NCBI GenBank assembly: GCA_036401215.1
Contig: DASWVN010000240.1
Coordinates: 4,036-68,035, forward strand
Direction of reading: 5' to 3'
DNA length: 64,000 nt
DNA from: Vicinamibacterales bacterium
GTDB taxonomy: Bacteria; Acidobacteriota; Vicinamibacteria; Vicinamibacterales; 2-12-FULL-66-21
The notes below the pieces were generated by a model. That model was not told the DNA's origin, ran no database searches, and saw only the letters and a list, made by a program, of their open reading frames with translations. The translations under genes and the position numbers were made by a program. Position 1 is the first letter of the stretch, and each line of letters opens with the position of its first letter. Shown in pieces: positions 9,728 to 18,506 of the stretch.

Positions 9728-11137
9728 TCACAGCCCGTATCGCTGCAGTCGCCGATACAGCGCGCTGCGGCTCAGGCCGAGCGCCTTGGCCGCCTGGCTG
9801 ACGTTGCCGTCGTAGCGGGTCATCGCCTTCTTGATCAGGAAGCACTCCACGTCCTCGAGGCTCATGTCCTCGAGCCGCCCCGGGGACGTCTGACCGGTGG
9901 AGCGGAGCCCGAGGTCGCCCGGCTTCACCTGCGGTCCCTGGGCCATGAGCACGGCACGCTCGACGGCGTGATCCAGCTCGCGGACGTTTCCCGGCCAGGC
10001 ATGCTCCAGCAGCATCTGCATGGCGCCGCTTTCGAAGCCGGTGAGCCGCTTGCGATACCGATTGGCATGCTGCCGGAGGAAGTGCTGGGCGAGCAGCGGA
10101 AGGTCTTCGCGCCGGTCGCGCAGCGGCGGGATCCGGATCTCGATCGTGTTGAGGCGGAAGAGCAGGTCCTGCCGGAAGCGTCCGGCGTTGACCTCCTCGT
10201 TGAGGTCGGCGTTGGTCGCCGAGAGGATCCGGACGTTCACGCGCCGCGTGCGCGAAGAACCAAGGCGTTCGAACTCGCCGGTCTCGATGACCCGAAGGAG
10301 CTTGGCCTGCTGGCTGAGGGGGACGTTGGCGATCTCGTCGAGAAAGAGCGTCGCCTGGTCGGCCAGCTCGAACCGTCCGACGCGGTCCGATTTCGCATCG
10401 GTGAATGCGCCGCGCACGTGGCCGAACAGTTCGCTCTCGAAGACGCCTTCGGAGACGCCTCCCGAGTTCACGATCACCATCGGCCTCGAGGCACGGCTCG
10501 ACACCGCATGCAGCGCGCGGGCGACGACTCCTTTGCCGGTGCCGTTCTCACCGAGGATCAGCACGTTGGCGTCGGACGGGCCGACGCGCGAGACGACCTG
10601 CAGCACGTTCTGCATCGCCGGGGATTCGGCGATGACCTTCGGCATCCCCTCGCCTCGCAGCAGCGAGTTCTCCGCTTCGAGCCGTTGCCCCTTGCGGATC
10701 GCCTGGCTCAACTCGATCTGGGTGCGGACGATCGCCAGCAGCCGCGCATTGTCCCACGGCTTCTGGATGAAGTCCCTCGCGCCGCGGCGCATGGCTTCGA
10801 CCGCGACCTCGACGCTGCCCCACGCCGTCATGACGACGACCGGAAGCGTCGGATCGATCCCCTGGATGCGCGACAGCAGATTGAGCCCCTCCTCGCCGGA
10901 GGTTGTATCGCGCGTGTAGTTCAAGTCGATCAGGGCGACGTCGAACTCCCGCGCTTCGACGGCGGCCAGCACGCCGGCGGGGGAGGAGGCGGTCTCGAGC
11001 TGGAACCCTTCTCCCTTCAACAGCAGCCGCAGGGCTTCGAGGACGTCGGACTGATCGTCGGCGATGAGGACGCGCGGGTCCGGCGATCGCAGCGCCGTCC
11101 GCTCGTCGCGGTCCTTGAGGTGATCGGTGATCAACAT
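9728..11137 (-). CDS. sigma-54-dependent Fis-family response regulator (NtrC-like)
   Basis: 469 aa; REC domain, AAA+ with GENGTGKG Walker A and GAFTDA (GAFTGA-type) sigma-54 contact loop, C-terminal HTH. Confidence 0.95.
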   Translation of the reverse strand: MLITDHLKDRDERTALRSPDPRVLIADDQSDVLEALRLLLKGEGFQLETASSPAGVLAAVEAREFDVALIDLNYTRDTTSGEEGLNLLSRIQGIDPTLPVVVMTAWGSVEVAVEAMRRGARDFIQKPWDNARLLAIVRTQIELSQAIRKGQRLEAENSLLRGEGMPKVIAESPAMQNVLQVVSRVGPSDANVLILGENGTGKGVVARALHAVSSRASRPMVIVNSGGVSEGVFESELFGHVRGAFTDAKSDRVGRFELADQATLFLDEIANVPLSQQAKLLRVIETGEFERLGSSRTRRVNVRILSATNADLNEEVNAGRFRQDLLFRLNTIEIRIPPLRDRREDLPLLAQHFLRQHANRYRKRLTGFESGAMQMLLEHAWPGNVRELDHAVERAVLMAQGPQVKPGDLGLRSTGQTSPGRLEDMSLEDVECFLIKKAMTRYDGNVSQAAKALGLSRSALYRRLQRYGL

Positions 11138-11149
11138 AAGCGTGGTGGT

Positions 11150-13597
11150 CTACTCGGTGCGCAGCGCGATCAGCGGATCGATCCGTGTCGCCCGCCGCGC
11201 CGGGATGTAACTCGCAAGCAGCGCGACGGCGCCGAGGATCGCCGAGGTCGCGACGAACGTCCAGGGGTCGCGCGCGCTGACGTTCGGCAGCAGGTCCGGC
11301 GGCATGGCCGATGACAGCCCCAACGCGAGCAGGATGCCGGTCGCGAGTCCGATCCCGACGAGCAGCAGGCCGTGGCCGAGCACGAGCGTCAGCACGCTCT
11401 CCGGCGAGGCCCCGAGCGCCATGCGGACGCCGATCTCGCGCGTCCGCTGTCCGACGGAATAATTCGCGACCCCATACAGCCCGATCGACGCCAGCAGCAG
11501 CGCCAGCCCGCCGAACGTGGCGAGCACGACGACGTTGATGCGGAGCGGCGCGAGCGCGTCGGAGACCTGGTCCTCGAGCGTTCGGATGTTGAAGACCGAC
11601 AGCGTCGGATCGATCTCGAGGATCTGCCGCCGCACGGGAGCGGCGAGCCCGGCGGCGCCGGCGTCCGCACGCACGTGAAGCGTCGCCTGTGGCGTGTAGT
11701 TCTGCCGGATCGGTTGATAGATGAACGGGATCGGCTCTTCCGCAATCCCATTGTATGTGGCGTCTCTCGCGACGCCAATCACCGTCGTGAACTGGTCGTC
11801 GCCGAAGAACTTGAAGCGCTTGCCGATCGCGTCCTGCCCGGGCCAGAAGCGTCCGGCCATTGTCTCGTTGATGACGACGACCAGCGGCGCCCCGGTCGTG
11901 TCGGTGGACGTGAAGTCACGGCCGCGGAGCAGAGGCACGTCGATCGTGTCGAGGTATCCCGGCGAGACCGAGTTGACCTGCACGAGGATCCGGTCCTGCG
12001 TCGTCGTGTCGGCACCCTCGGGGAAGACACTGCGAAGGAATCCGCCGCCGAGCGGCGGGTTCTGGGCGATCGCGGCGTGCCGCACGCCGGGCAGGCCCTG
12101 CACACGCTCGACGACCTGCTCGAAGAACAGCTGTCCGCGATCGGGCGTGTAGCCTTCGCGGCCGAGATTCACGTTCATCACCAGCACGCCGCGCGTCTCG
12201 AACCCGGTGTCGGTCGCCTGCGCGTCACGCAGGCTGCGGAGGAACAATCCCGCGGCGATCAGCGAGACCAGCGACAGGGCGACCTGGCTGACCACGAGTG
12301 CCTGTCTTAGGCTCACGAATCGCCTCCATCCGCGGCCGGTACCGGTCGGGACGATTTCGTTCTTCAGCACGGGGACCACGTCGGGCCGGGACGACTGGAT
12401 GGCGGGCGCGAGCCCGAACAGTACGCCGGTCGCCAGCGCGAGCAGCGCCGTGAAGCCGAGGACGCGTGCGTCGATCGTGACCGTGTCGTCGATCGGGATC
12501 GGCAGCTGGAGATCGGCCGTCACGAGCCACCCGAGCAGCCAGTACGCGAGCAGCAGTCCGAGCGATCCGCCGAGGATCGCGAGCAGGATGCTCTCGGTCA
12601 GCAGCTGGCGGACGAGGCGCGTGCGACCGGCGCCGAGCGCCAGGCGGATCGCGATCTCCTTGCGCCGCTTGTTCGCTCTGGCGAGCAACAGGTTCGCGAT
12701 GTTGGCGCAGGCGATCAGCAGCACGATCCCGACGATCGTCATCAGGATCATCGAGATCTGGACGACCTGCGCGCCGCCCTGACCGCCGGGATTCAGACGC
12801 GCGTCGAGCAGCGGCACGGCGCCGGCGCTGCGGCCCTTGTTGTCGGTCGGGAAGGCCTGTTCGAGCTGGGCGAAGACCGACTGGAGGTTTGCCCTGGCCT
12901 GCTCGATGCTGACGCCGGGCTTCAGGCGCCCGAACGCGAAGAGGAACAGGCCGCGGCGGGTTTCGTACCAGTCGAAGTTCGGTTGCACGACGTCGTGCAT
13001 CGACATCGGAACCCACAGGGAAGGTCCGCCGCCGAGCAGCGTGCCGGTGAATCCCCTGGGCGCCACACCCACGACGGTGAACGGCGTGCGATTCAACGTC
13101 ACCGTCTTGCCGACGATCGAGGGATCGCTGCCGAAGCTGCGCTCCCAGAACCCATGACTCAGGACGGCGACCGGCGTCGGCTTCCCGTCCTCTTCGGCGA
13201 GAAAGCCGCGGCCGATGACCGGTTCTGATCCGAGCAGGGGGAAGTAGTTGCCCGAAACCGCCTGCACCGGGACTGGCTGCGCCTCGCTCCCGGTGCTCCA
13301 GTTCACCTGCGCGAAGGTAAACGCCGCCATGCCGGAGAACACCTGGTTCTGCTCGCGAAGGTCCTTGTAGTTGAGGTGCGAGAGCGGCAGGTTGCCCGGA
13401 TTGCGCTGGTCCGTCGTGAAGACCGACGCGAGCCGCGCGGGTTCCGCGACCGGAATGGGACGCAGCAGCAGGATGTTGATGAGGCTGAAGATCGCGGTGT
13501 TGGCGCCAATGCCGAGCCCCAGTGACAGGGCCGCCACCGCGGTGAAGGCAGGGCTCCGGAAGAGCATCCGGAGCCCGTACTTGATGTCGTGGATCAT
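11150..13597 (-). CDS. ABC transporter permease, MacB/FtsX type (ADOP-like, duplicated FtsX domains)
   Basis: 815 aa; N-terminus MIHDIKYGLRMLFRSPAFTAVAALSLGLGIGANTAIFS, two FtsX/MacB periplasmic modules. Confidence 0.95.
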   Translation of the reverse strand: MIHDIKYGLRMLFRSPAFTAVAALSLGLGIGANTAIFSLINILLLRPIPVAEPARLASVFTTDQRNPGNLPLSHLNYKDLREQNQVFSGMAAFTFAQVNWSTGSEAQPVPVQAVSGNYFPLLGSEPVIGRGFLAEEDGKPTPVAVLSHGFWERSFGSDPSIVGKTVTLNRTPFTVVGVAPRGFTGTLLGGGPSLWVPMSMHDVVQPNFDWYETRRGLFLFAFGRLKPGVSIEQARANLQSVFAQLEQAFPTDNKGRSAGAVPLLDARLNPGGQGGAQVVQISMILMTIVGIVLLIACANIANLLLARANKRRKEIAIRLALGAGRTRLVRQLLTESILLAILGGSLGLLLAYWLLGWLVTADLQLPIPIDDTVTIDARVLGFTALLALATGVLFGLAPAIQSSRPDVVPVLKNEIVPTGTGRGWRRFVSLRQALVVSQVALSLVSLIAAGLFLRSLRDAQATDTGFETRGVLVMNVNLGREGYTPDRGQLFFEQVVERVQGLPGVRHAAIAQNPPLGGGFLRSVFPEGADTTTQDRILVQVNSVSPGYLDTIDVPLLRGRDFTSTDTTGAPLVVVINETMAGRFWPGQDAIGKRFKFFGDDQFTTVIGVARDATYNGIAEEPIPFIYQPIRQNYTPQATLHVRADAGAAGLAAPVRRQILEIDPTLSVFNIRTLEDQVSDALAPLRINVVVLATFGGLALLLASIGLYGVANYSVGQRTREIGVRMALGASPESVLTLVLGHGLLLVGIGLATGILLALGLSSAMPPDLLPNVSARDPWTFVATSAILGAVALLASYIPARRATRIDPLIALRTE

Positions 13598-13791
13598 GGG
13601 ACGCGGACCCTCGAACTCACAAGCCGGTCTACGCCCCCGCCACTGGGCGTTGTTCGACGAGACAGGCCGTTATGCGAGGGAGAACCAACGCATAACGGTG
13701 GCGCGCACGGCGCGCCCGCGAGGGAGCGGCGCGGGGCCAGGGGCCCCCGCGAGCGACCGAGCCGGGGTCCGGGGCGGAGCCCCGGCTACAA

Positions 13792-14535
13792 TTAGTGCTC
13801 AATATGGAAGCCGCTCTCCTCGAGTTCCTTCTCGGCGCGCCGGCTGCCGTCCTCTTCGACGACGCGTCCGTCGAACAGGTGGATCGAGCGATCGGCGTGG
13901 CGCGCGTAGCGCGGGTCGTGCGTCACCATGCAGATCGTCGCCCCTTCGCGATGAAGCTCGCGGAGCAGTTCCATGACCGCTTCGCCGTTCTTCGAGTCGA
14001 GGTTTCCGGTGGGCTCGTCGGCGAGCAGGATCGAGGGGGATCCGGCGACGGCCCGGGCGACCGCGACACGCTGCTGCTGACCGCCGGAGAGCTGGCTCGG
14101 GAGGTGCTTGGCGCGGTGCGCCATGCCGACCTTCTCGAGCGCCGCCATCACGCGCTCCTTCCGTTCGGCCGACTTCATGCCGCGATAGGTGAGCGGCAGC
14201 TCGACGTTCTCGTAGACGTTCAGGTCCCCGATCAGGTTGAAGCTCTGGAAGATGAACCCGATCTCACGGTTACGGACGCGGGCGCGCTCCGACAGCGGGA
14301 GATCCGCCACCGATTTCCCGTTCAGGATGTACTTGCCCTCGGTCGGGGAGTCGAGCAGGCCCAGGATCGAGAGGAGCGTCGACTTGCCGCACCCGGACGG
14401 CCCGGCGATGGCGATGTACTCGCCGCTCTTGATCTCGAGATGAATGCCGGCAAGGGCGTGGGTCTCGACTTCGTCGGTGAAGAACACCTTCGTGACGCCA
14501 TCGAGGTGGATCAGCGTCTGGCCTGAACTGGTCAT
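13792..14535 (-). CDS. ABC transporter ATP-binding protein (MacB/LolD type)
   Basis: 247 aa; Walker A GPSGCGKST, signature LSGGQQQRVAVAR, Walker B ILLADEPTG. Confidence 0.95.
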   Translation of the reverse strand: MTSSGQTLIHLDGVTKVFFTDEVETHALAGIHLEIKSGEYIAIAGPSGCGKSTLLSILGLLDSPTEGKYILNGKSVADLPLSERARVRNREIGFIFQSFNLIGDLNVYENVELPLTYRGMKSAERKERVMAALEKVGMAHRAKHLPSQLSGGQQQRVAVARAVAGSPSILLADEPTGNLDSKNGEAVMELLRELHREGATICMVTHDPRYARHADRSIHLFDGRVVEEDGSRRAEKELEESGFHIEH

Positions 14536-14551
14536 CTTCGCTCCTTTTTGA

Positions 14552-15808
14552 CTAATTCAACCGGATCCTGTCGTACGCGTCGTGCGCCGACATGTCAGAG
14601 AGGATCACCTGGTCGCCGGGCTGGAGCCCCTCCAGGATTTCGATTTCGTTCACCGACGTCCGCCCCAGCCGGACCTGGACGCGGTGCGCTTCACCGGTCG
14701 CATCGAGCTTGAACAGCAGAACGGTGCTGTTTTCCTGGCCGAACGCCGGCCGGCCCACCTTGATGACGTCGGGCAGGCTCTCGAGCGTGATCGTGCCGTC
14801 GACGCTCAGGTCCGGACGCGCGCCAGGCGGCAGATCGCCTTCCAGGGTGATGTCGACACCGACGGTCCCGCCGGTGGCGGTCGGGTCGATGCGGCTGACG
14901 CGCCCCTGGATGATGCCATTTCTCGTATCCACTTCGGCGAGCTGTCCAATCCGGAGGTCCTTCGTCTGCGTTTCCGCGATCCGGACTTCGGCCTTCAGTC
15001 TGGTGGGATCGGCGACGCGCGCGAGGTTGGTGCCAGACCCGACCTGCTGACCGACTTCGACCGGCACCTGCGAGAGCACGCCGGCCATGCCAGCCTTCAC
15101 CTTGAGGTCGTCGAGCTGACGCACGCGCAGCTCGTACTGGGCGCGGCGCTGATCGACTTCCGCCTGCTGCGGCGCGAGCTGTGACGAAATGCCGTTGCGG
15201 GTCATCTCGAGCTGTTTCTTGGCGATGGCCACGCGATTCTCGAGGTCCTTCGTCGCCGACCGCACCTGTTTGACGGTGAGTTCCGACACCAGCCCGTCTT
15301 CGAAGAGCGACTCCTGCGCTTCCAGATTCAGCTTGGAGTTGTTGTACTGAGTCTCGATCTGCGCGAGCTGCGACTGCTGTTCGAGGAGCGAGCGCTCGAG
15401 TTCCGTCTTGCGGTTCGTGTAGTTGGCGAGCGCGGAGGCGTGAGCCAGCCTCGCGTCCATGACTTGTTGCTCGAGTTCTGGATTGCTGAGCTCCAGAATG
15501 ACCGTTGTCGGCGTAACCTTCGCCCCAGGCCGCAAGAGGATCCGTTCAACGCGGCCCTGAGTCGTGGTATTGATCCACCGGATGTCTTCGGGAACGAGCG
15601 TCCCCGATCCTCGGACCGCACGCACCATCGGTCCGCGCTTGACGGTGTCGACCCAGACGGAGGCGCGATCGACCGACGGCGCGGCGGGTTTCAACTGCGA
15701 GACGCCGAAGGTGATCAGCATGATGACGACCAGACCAGAGGTCGCCAGAACGGCACGCTTGATCTTCTTCCTCTTCGCGATAGCAGGGGAGCGGGCAATA
15801 TCGACCAT
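14552..15808 (-). CDS. efflux periplasmic adaptor subunit (HlyD/MacA family)
   Basis: 418 aa; N-terminal TM anchor, coiled-coil hairpin, beta-barrel region. Confidence 0.9.
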   Translation of the reverse strand: MVDIARSPAIAKRKKIKRAVLATSGLVVIMLITFGVSQLKPAAPSVDRASVWVDTVKRGPMVRAVRGSGTLVPEDIRWINTTTQGRVERILLRPGAKVTPTTVILELSNPELEQQVMDARLAHASALANYTNRKTELERSLLEQQSQLAQIETQYNNSKLNLEAQESLFEDGLVSELTVKQVRSATKDLENRVAIAKKQLEMTRNGISSQLAPQQAEVDQRRAQYELRVRQLDDLKVKAGMAGVLSQVPVEVGQQVGSGTNLARVADPTRLKAEVRIAETQTKDLRIGQLAEVDTRNGIIQGRVSRIDPTATGGTVGVDITLEGDLPPGARPDLSVDGTITLESLPDVIKVGRPAFGQENSTVLLFKLDATGEAHRVQVRLGRTSVNEIEILEGLQPGDQVILSDMSAHDAYDRIRLN

Positions 15809-15866
15809 TTAAAAGCCTCTGGCTGTTTCCGGGAGCCCGGATGGAAACCCGGTCAGTCCAGATCAA

Positions 15867-15881
15867 CCAAATGCAGTGCCA
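15867..15881 (-). promoter_or_regulatory. candidate sigma-54 (-24/-12) promoter upstream of the adaptor gene
   Basis: The minus strand reads TGGCAC-tgcat-TTGG about 60-75 nt upstream of the start at 15808. Spacing matches TGGCAC-N5-TTGC, but the -12 element is GG rather than GC. Confidence 0.3.
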
Positions 15882-16137
15882 CGAATTTGGCAGCTCGCAT
15901 CTTGTTGTATACCACTAACTTACGGATCGTGGCCGGTGTAGTCTGGAGGCCAACGTGACCGCCTGCGACACTGGCTCGTCCCGAAACCGGACAGTCAGGT
16001 CATTCCCGACTCAGCCGACAGTTTCCGGGCAGATCGACGAATTGGACGAAAGGGCGACGCTTCTGGTTTAGCCCAATTTGCCGCCGGCACGTGATTCGTC
16101 CCGAACGGGCACGCGCCGTGCGAGCGGAAAGCACGAC

Positions 16138-16881
16138 ATGGGTGAGTTCAGCGACAGGCTGGTAGGCGAGTTGATCGATGCCGTCAAGGCGGCGCTGAGA
16201 AAAGAGCAGGCGGAGAAGCTTCGCGACGTCTACCTGATTGGTGATATCGACAAGGACAGCGCTCGCGCGGCCATCGAACGGATTCGCGACCTGGCGAGCG
16301 AGGGACCGGCGCCGATCACCCTCTATCTCAATACCGCGGGCGGCAACGTCACGGACGGCCTGGCGCTCCACGATGCCATCGTCCAGCTCGTCGCGGAAGG
16401 ACGCGAGGTGCGGATCGTCGTGCAGGGCATGGCCTACTCGATGGGTTCCGTGGTGCTCCAGGCGGCGAGCCCCGGCGGCCGTCTGTGCTTCCCGCACTCG
16501 TGGATCATGATCCACGAACCGGCCAAGTGGGCAGGCTGGCAGTCGACGACCGCGGCGGCGCAGCATCTCGAGCGCCTCAAACAGATGCAGAGCCAGATCT
16601 ACCGCATCCTGTCCTCGCGGTCGGGCAAGCCCCTCCGGCAGATCATTCGAGATACCAAGCGCAACGACTTTTATCTCGATGCGAGCCGTGCGCTCGAGTA
16701 CGGGCTGGTTGATCGCGTTCTCGGCGTGACGCACGCCTCGACGCCGATCGTCGCCGAGTCAGCAGACCGTCCAACTCGTCCGCGGACGACCACGACGGCC
16801 GATCTGCCTGGTTCCGAGGCTGCAGCTGCGGTCGAAGGTACGCAGCCGCCAGACCACTCGGGCGCCGAGCCGCGGCACTGA
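16138..16881 (+). CDS. ClpP-family (S14) serine peptidase-like protein with disordered C-terminal tail
   Basis: YLNTAGGNVTDGLALHDAI, GMAYSMGSVVL (Ser), IMIHEP (His), RNDFYLDASRALEYGLVDRVL (Asp). The start at 16138 is chosen from MGEFSD... Confidence 0.8.
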   Translation: MGEFSDRLVGELIDAVKAALRKEQAEKLRDVYLIGDIDKDSARAAIERIRDLASEGPAPITLYLNTAGGNVTDGLALHDAIVQLVAEGREVRIVVQGMAYSMGSVVLQAASPGGRLCFPHSWIMIHEPAKWAGWQSTTAAAQHLERLKQMQSQIYRILSSRSGKPLRQIIRDTKRNDFYLDASRALEYGLVDRVLGVTHASTPIVAESADRPTRPRTTTTADLPGSEAAAAVEGTQPPDHSGAEPRH

Positions 16882-16939
16882 TCGGGGCCGTGGCACGCCG
16901 GTTGCGACCCCGCTCGGCGGGAGTCAGCAATCGGCGCAC

Positions 16940-18502
16940 ATGGTCGGCACCACAGCAGGCGCACCGAGCGCGTTTACAGGTCAAACCTTCACCCCATCCG
17001 TGCGTCTGGCCATCGGGGCGGCCGGGATCGCAACCGTCACGGTGCTGGACCGGTTCGCCGGGACTGCGCTCGACAACGGCAGCCTCTTCCTGCTCATGCA
17101 CCTGCTGGTGGTGGCGACCGCGTGGTTTGCCGGCACGGGCGCCGCCCTGGCGACGACGGTCGTTGCGGCCGCGCTGGGCGCGCTCCGGGCGGCCGGGGAC
17201 GCCGGCGACACCTACACCCATCTCGCCCTCTTCATCGTCAATGCCCTCGTGATCACCGCGATGGTGGCCGAGTTGCGCCGGACGCGGCGGCAGGCGGAAA
17301 TACGCGCCCATGAGGCGCAGACCGCCCGGGAGCGAGAGGGGGCGGCGAACCGAATGAAAGATGAGTTCCTCGCGACGATTTCCCATGAACTGCGGACCCC
17401 GCTGAACGCGGTGCTCGGCTGGGTGCACCTGTTGAAGACCGGCAAGCTCGACGACGAGACGGCCTGGCGCGGACTGGAGTCGATCGATCGCAACGTCCGG
17501 CTCCAGGCCCAACTGACGTCCGATCTGCTGGACGTGTCGAAGGCGCTGACCGGGAAGCTGCGCGTCGAATCGCAGCCGACATCGCTCGACGAGGCGGCGC
17601 GACAGGCGGTGACGTCGGCGCGACTGGCGGCCGAGGCCAGGGGCGTGCGTATCGAATCAGCGATCACCGAGGGGCTCATCGTCCAGGGGGATCCGGAACG
17701 GCTGCGGCAGATTGCATGGCAGCTCCTGTCGAACGCGGTCAAGTTCTCCCCCCGGGACTCGACCGTCGAGATCGCCGTCGATTGCTTCGGGCAGGACGCG
17801 CGGCTGATCGTCCGCGACAACGGTCCGGGGATCGATCCGCAATTCCTGCCGCGCGTGTTCGAGCGATTCACGATGGCCGACTCGTCGACCACGCGCCGGA
17901 CCGGCGGCCTCGGGGTCGGGCTCGCGCTGGTGCGCGAACTGGTGGAGCTGCATGGCGGCGAGATCGAGGCGCGAAATCGCAACGATGGATCCGGCACGAT
18001 CTTCCTCGTCCGCTTCCCATTGCAGTCGATCGCGGCGAGCCGTGCGGTCGTCCCTGCCGAGTATCCGGAGGCGCAACGCATCGATGGCGTTCCGCATCGT
18101 CCGCTGCTGGAGGGCCTTCGGGTTCTGGTCTTCGATCAGGAGCCGGAAGCGCGCGATCTGCTGCGGACGATTCTCCAGCACCGCGGTGCGGTCGTCCAGG
18201 CGGTGGGCTCGATGACGGATGCGCTTCAGCGCCTCGAGAACTGGCGTCCCGACGTGCTGATCAGCGATCTCTCACCCGAACACGACTGTTACGCCCTCGT
18301 CGGGAAGGTCCATACACTGGAGGCGAATCGCGGCGGACGAATTCCTGCCGTCGCCCTCACCGATCTGGCGCGCATCGACGAGCGGCTGCGAGACATGCTC
18401 GCGAGCGCGCATACCGACGTACCCAAACCGGTCGAACCTGCCATTCTGACGACCGAGATCGCGCGTCTCTCCGGGCGCGAGCGGCGGAAGGCGAGACGTT
18501 GA
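16940..18502 (+). CDS. hybrid sensor histidine kinase (membrane N-terminal domain, HisKA, HATPase_c, REC)
   Basis: 520 aa; H-box FLATISHELRTPLNAV; C-terminal receiver LRVLVFDQEPEARDLL...DVLISDL. Confidence 0.9.
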   Translation: MVGTTAGAPSAFTGQTFTPSVRLAIGAAGIATVTVLDRFAGTALDNGSLFLLMHLLVVATAWFAGTGAALATTVVAAALGALRAAGDAGDTYTHLALFIVNALVITAMVAELRRTRRQAEIRAHEAQTAREREGAANRMKDEFLATISHELRTPLNAVLGWVHLLKTGKLDDETAWRGLESIDRNVRLQAQLTSDLLDVSKALTGKLRVESQPTSLDEAARQAVTSARLAAEARGVRIESAITEGLIVQGDPERLRQIAWQLLSNAVKFSPRDSTVEIAVDCFGQDARLIVRDNGPGIDPQFLPRVFERFTMADSSTTRRTGGLGVGLALVRELVELHGGEIEARNRNDGSGTIFLVRFPLQSIAASRAVVPAEYPEAQRIDGVPHRPLLEGLRVLVFDQEPEARDLLRTILQHRGAVVQAVGSMTDALQRLENWRPDVLISDLSPEHDCYALVGKVHTLEANRGGRIPAVALTDLARIDERLRDMLASAHTDVPKPVEPAILTTEIARLSGRERRKARR

Positions 18503-18506
18503 GGCG

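Noticed and set aside
13598-13791. Small ORF or sRNA gene in the 195 nt spacer between the ATPase and permease genes
   Set aside because: There is no ORF with a start and SD on the minus strand. The hairpins are noted under the efflux-operon finding instead.
15887-15905. Plus-strand TGGCAG-N-...CTTG as a sigma-54 promoter for the ClpP-like gene
   Set aside because: The spacing does not place a GC dinucleotide at the -12 position, and the distance to the gene is about 230 nt.
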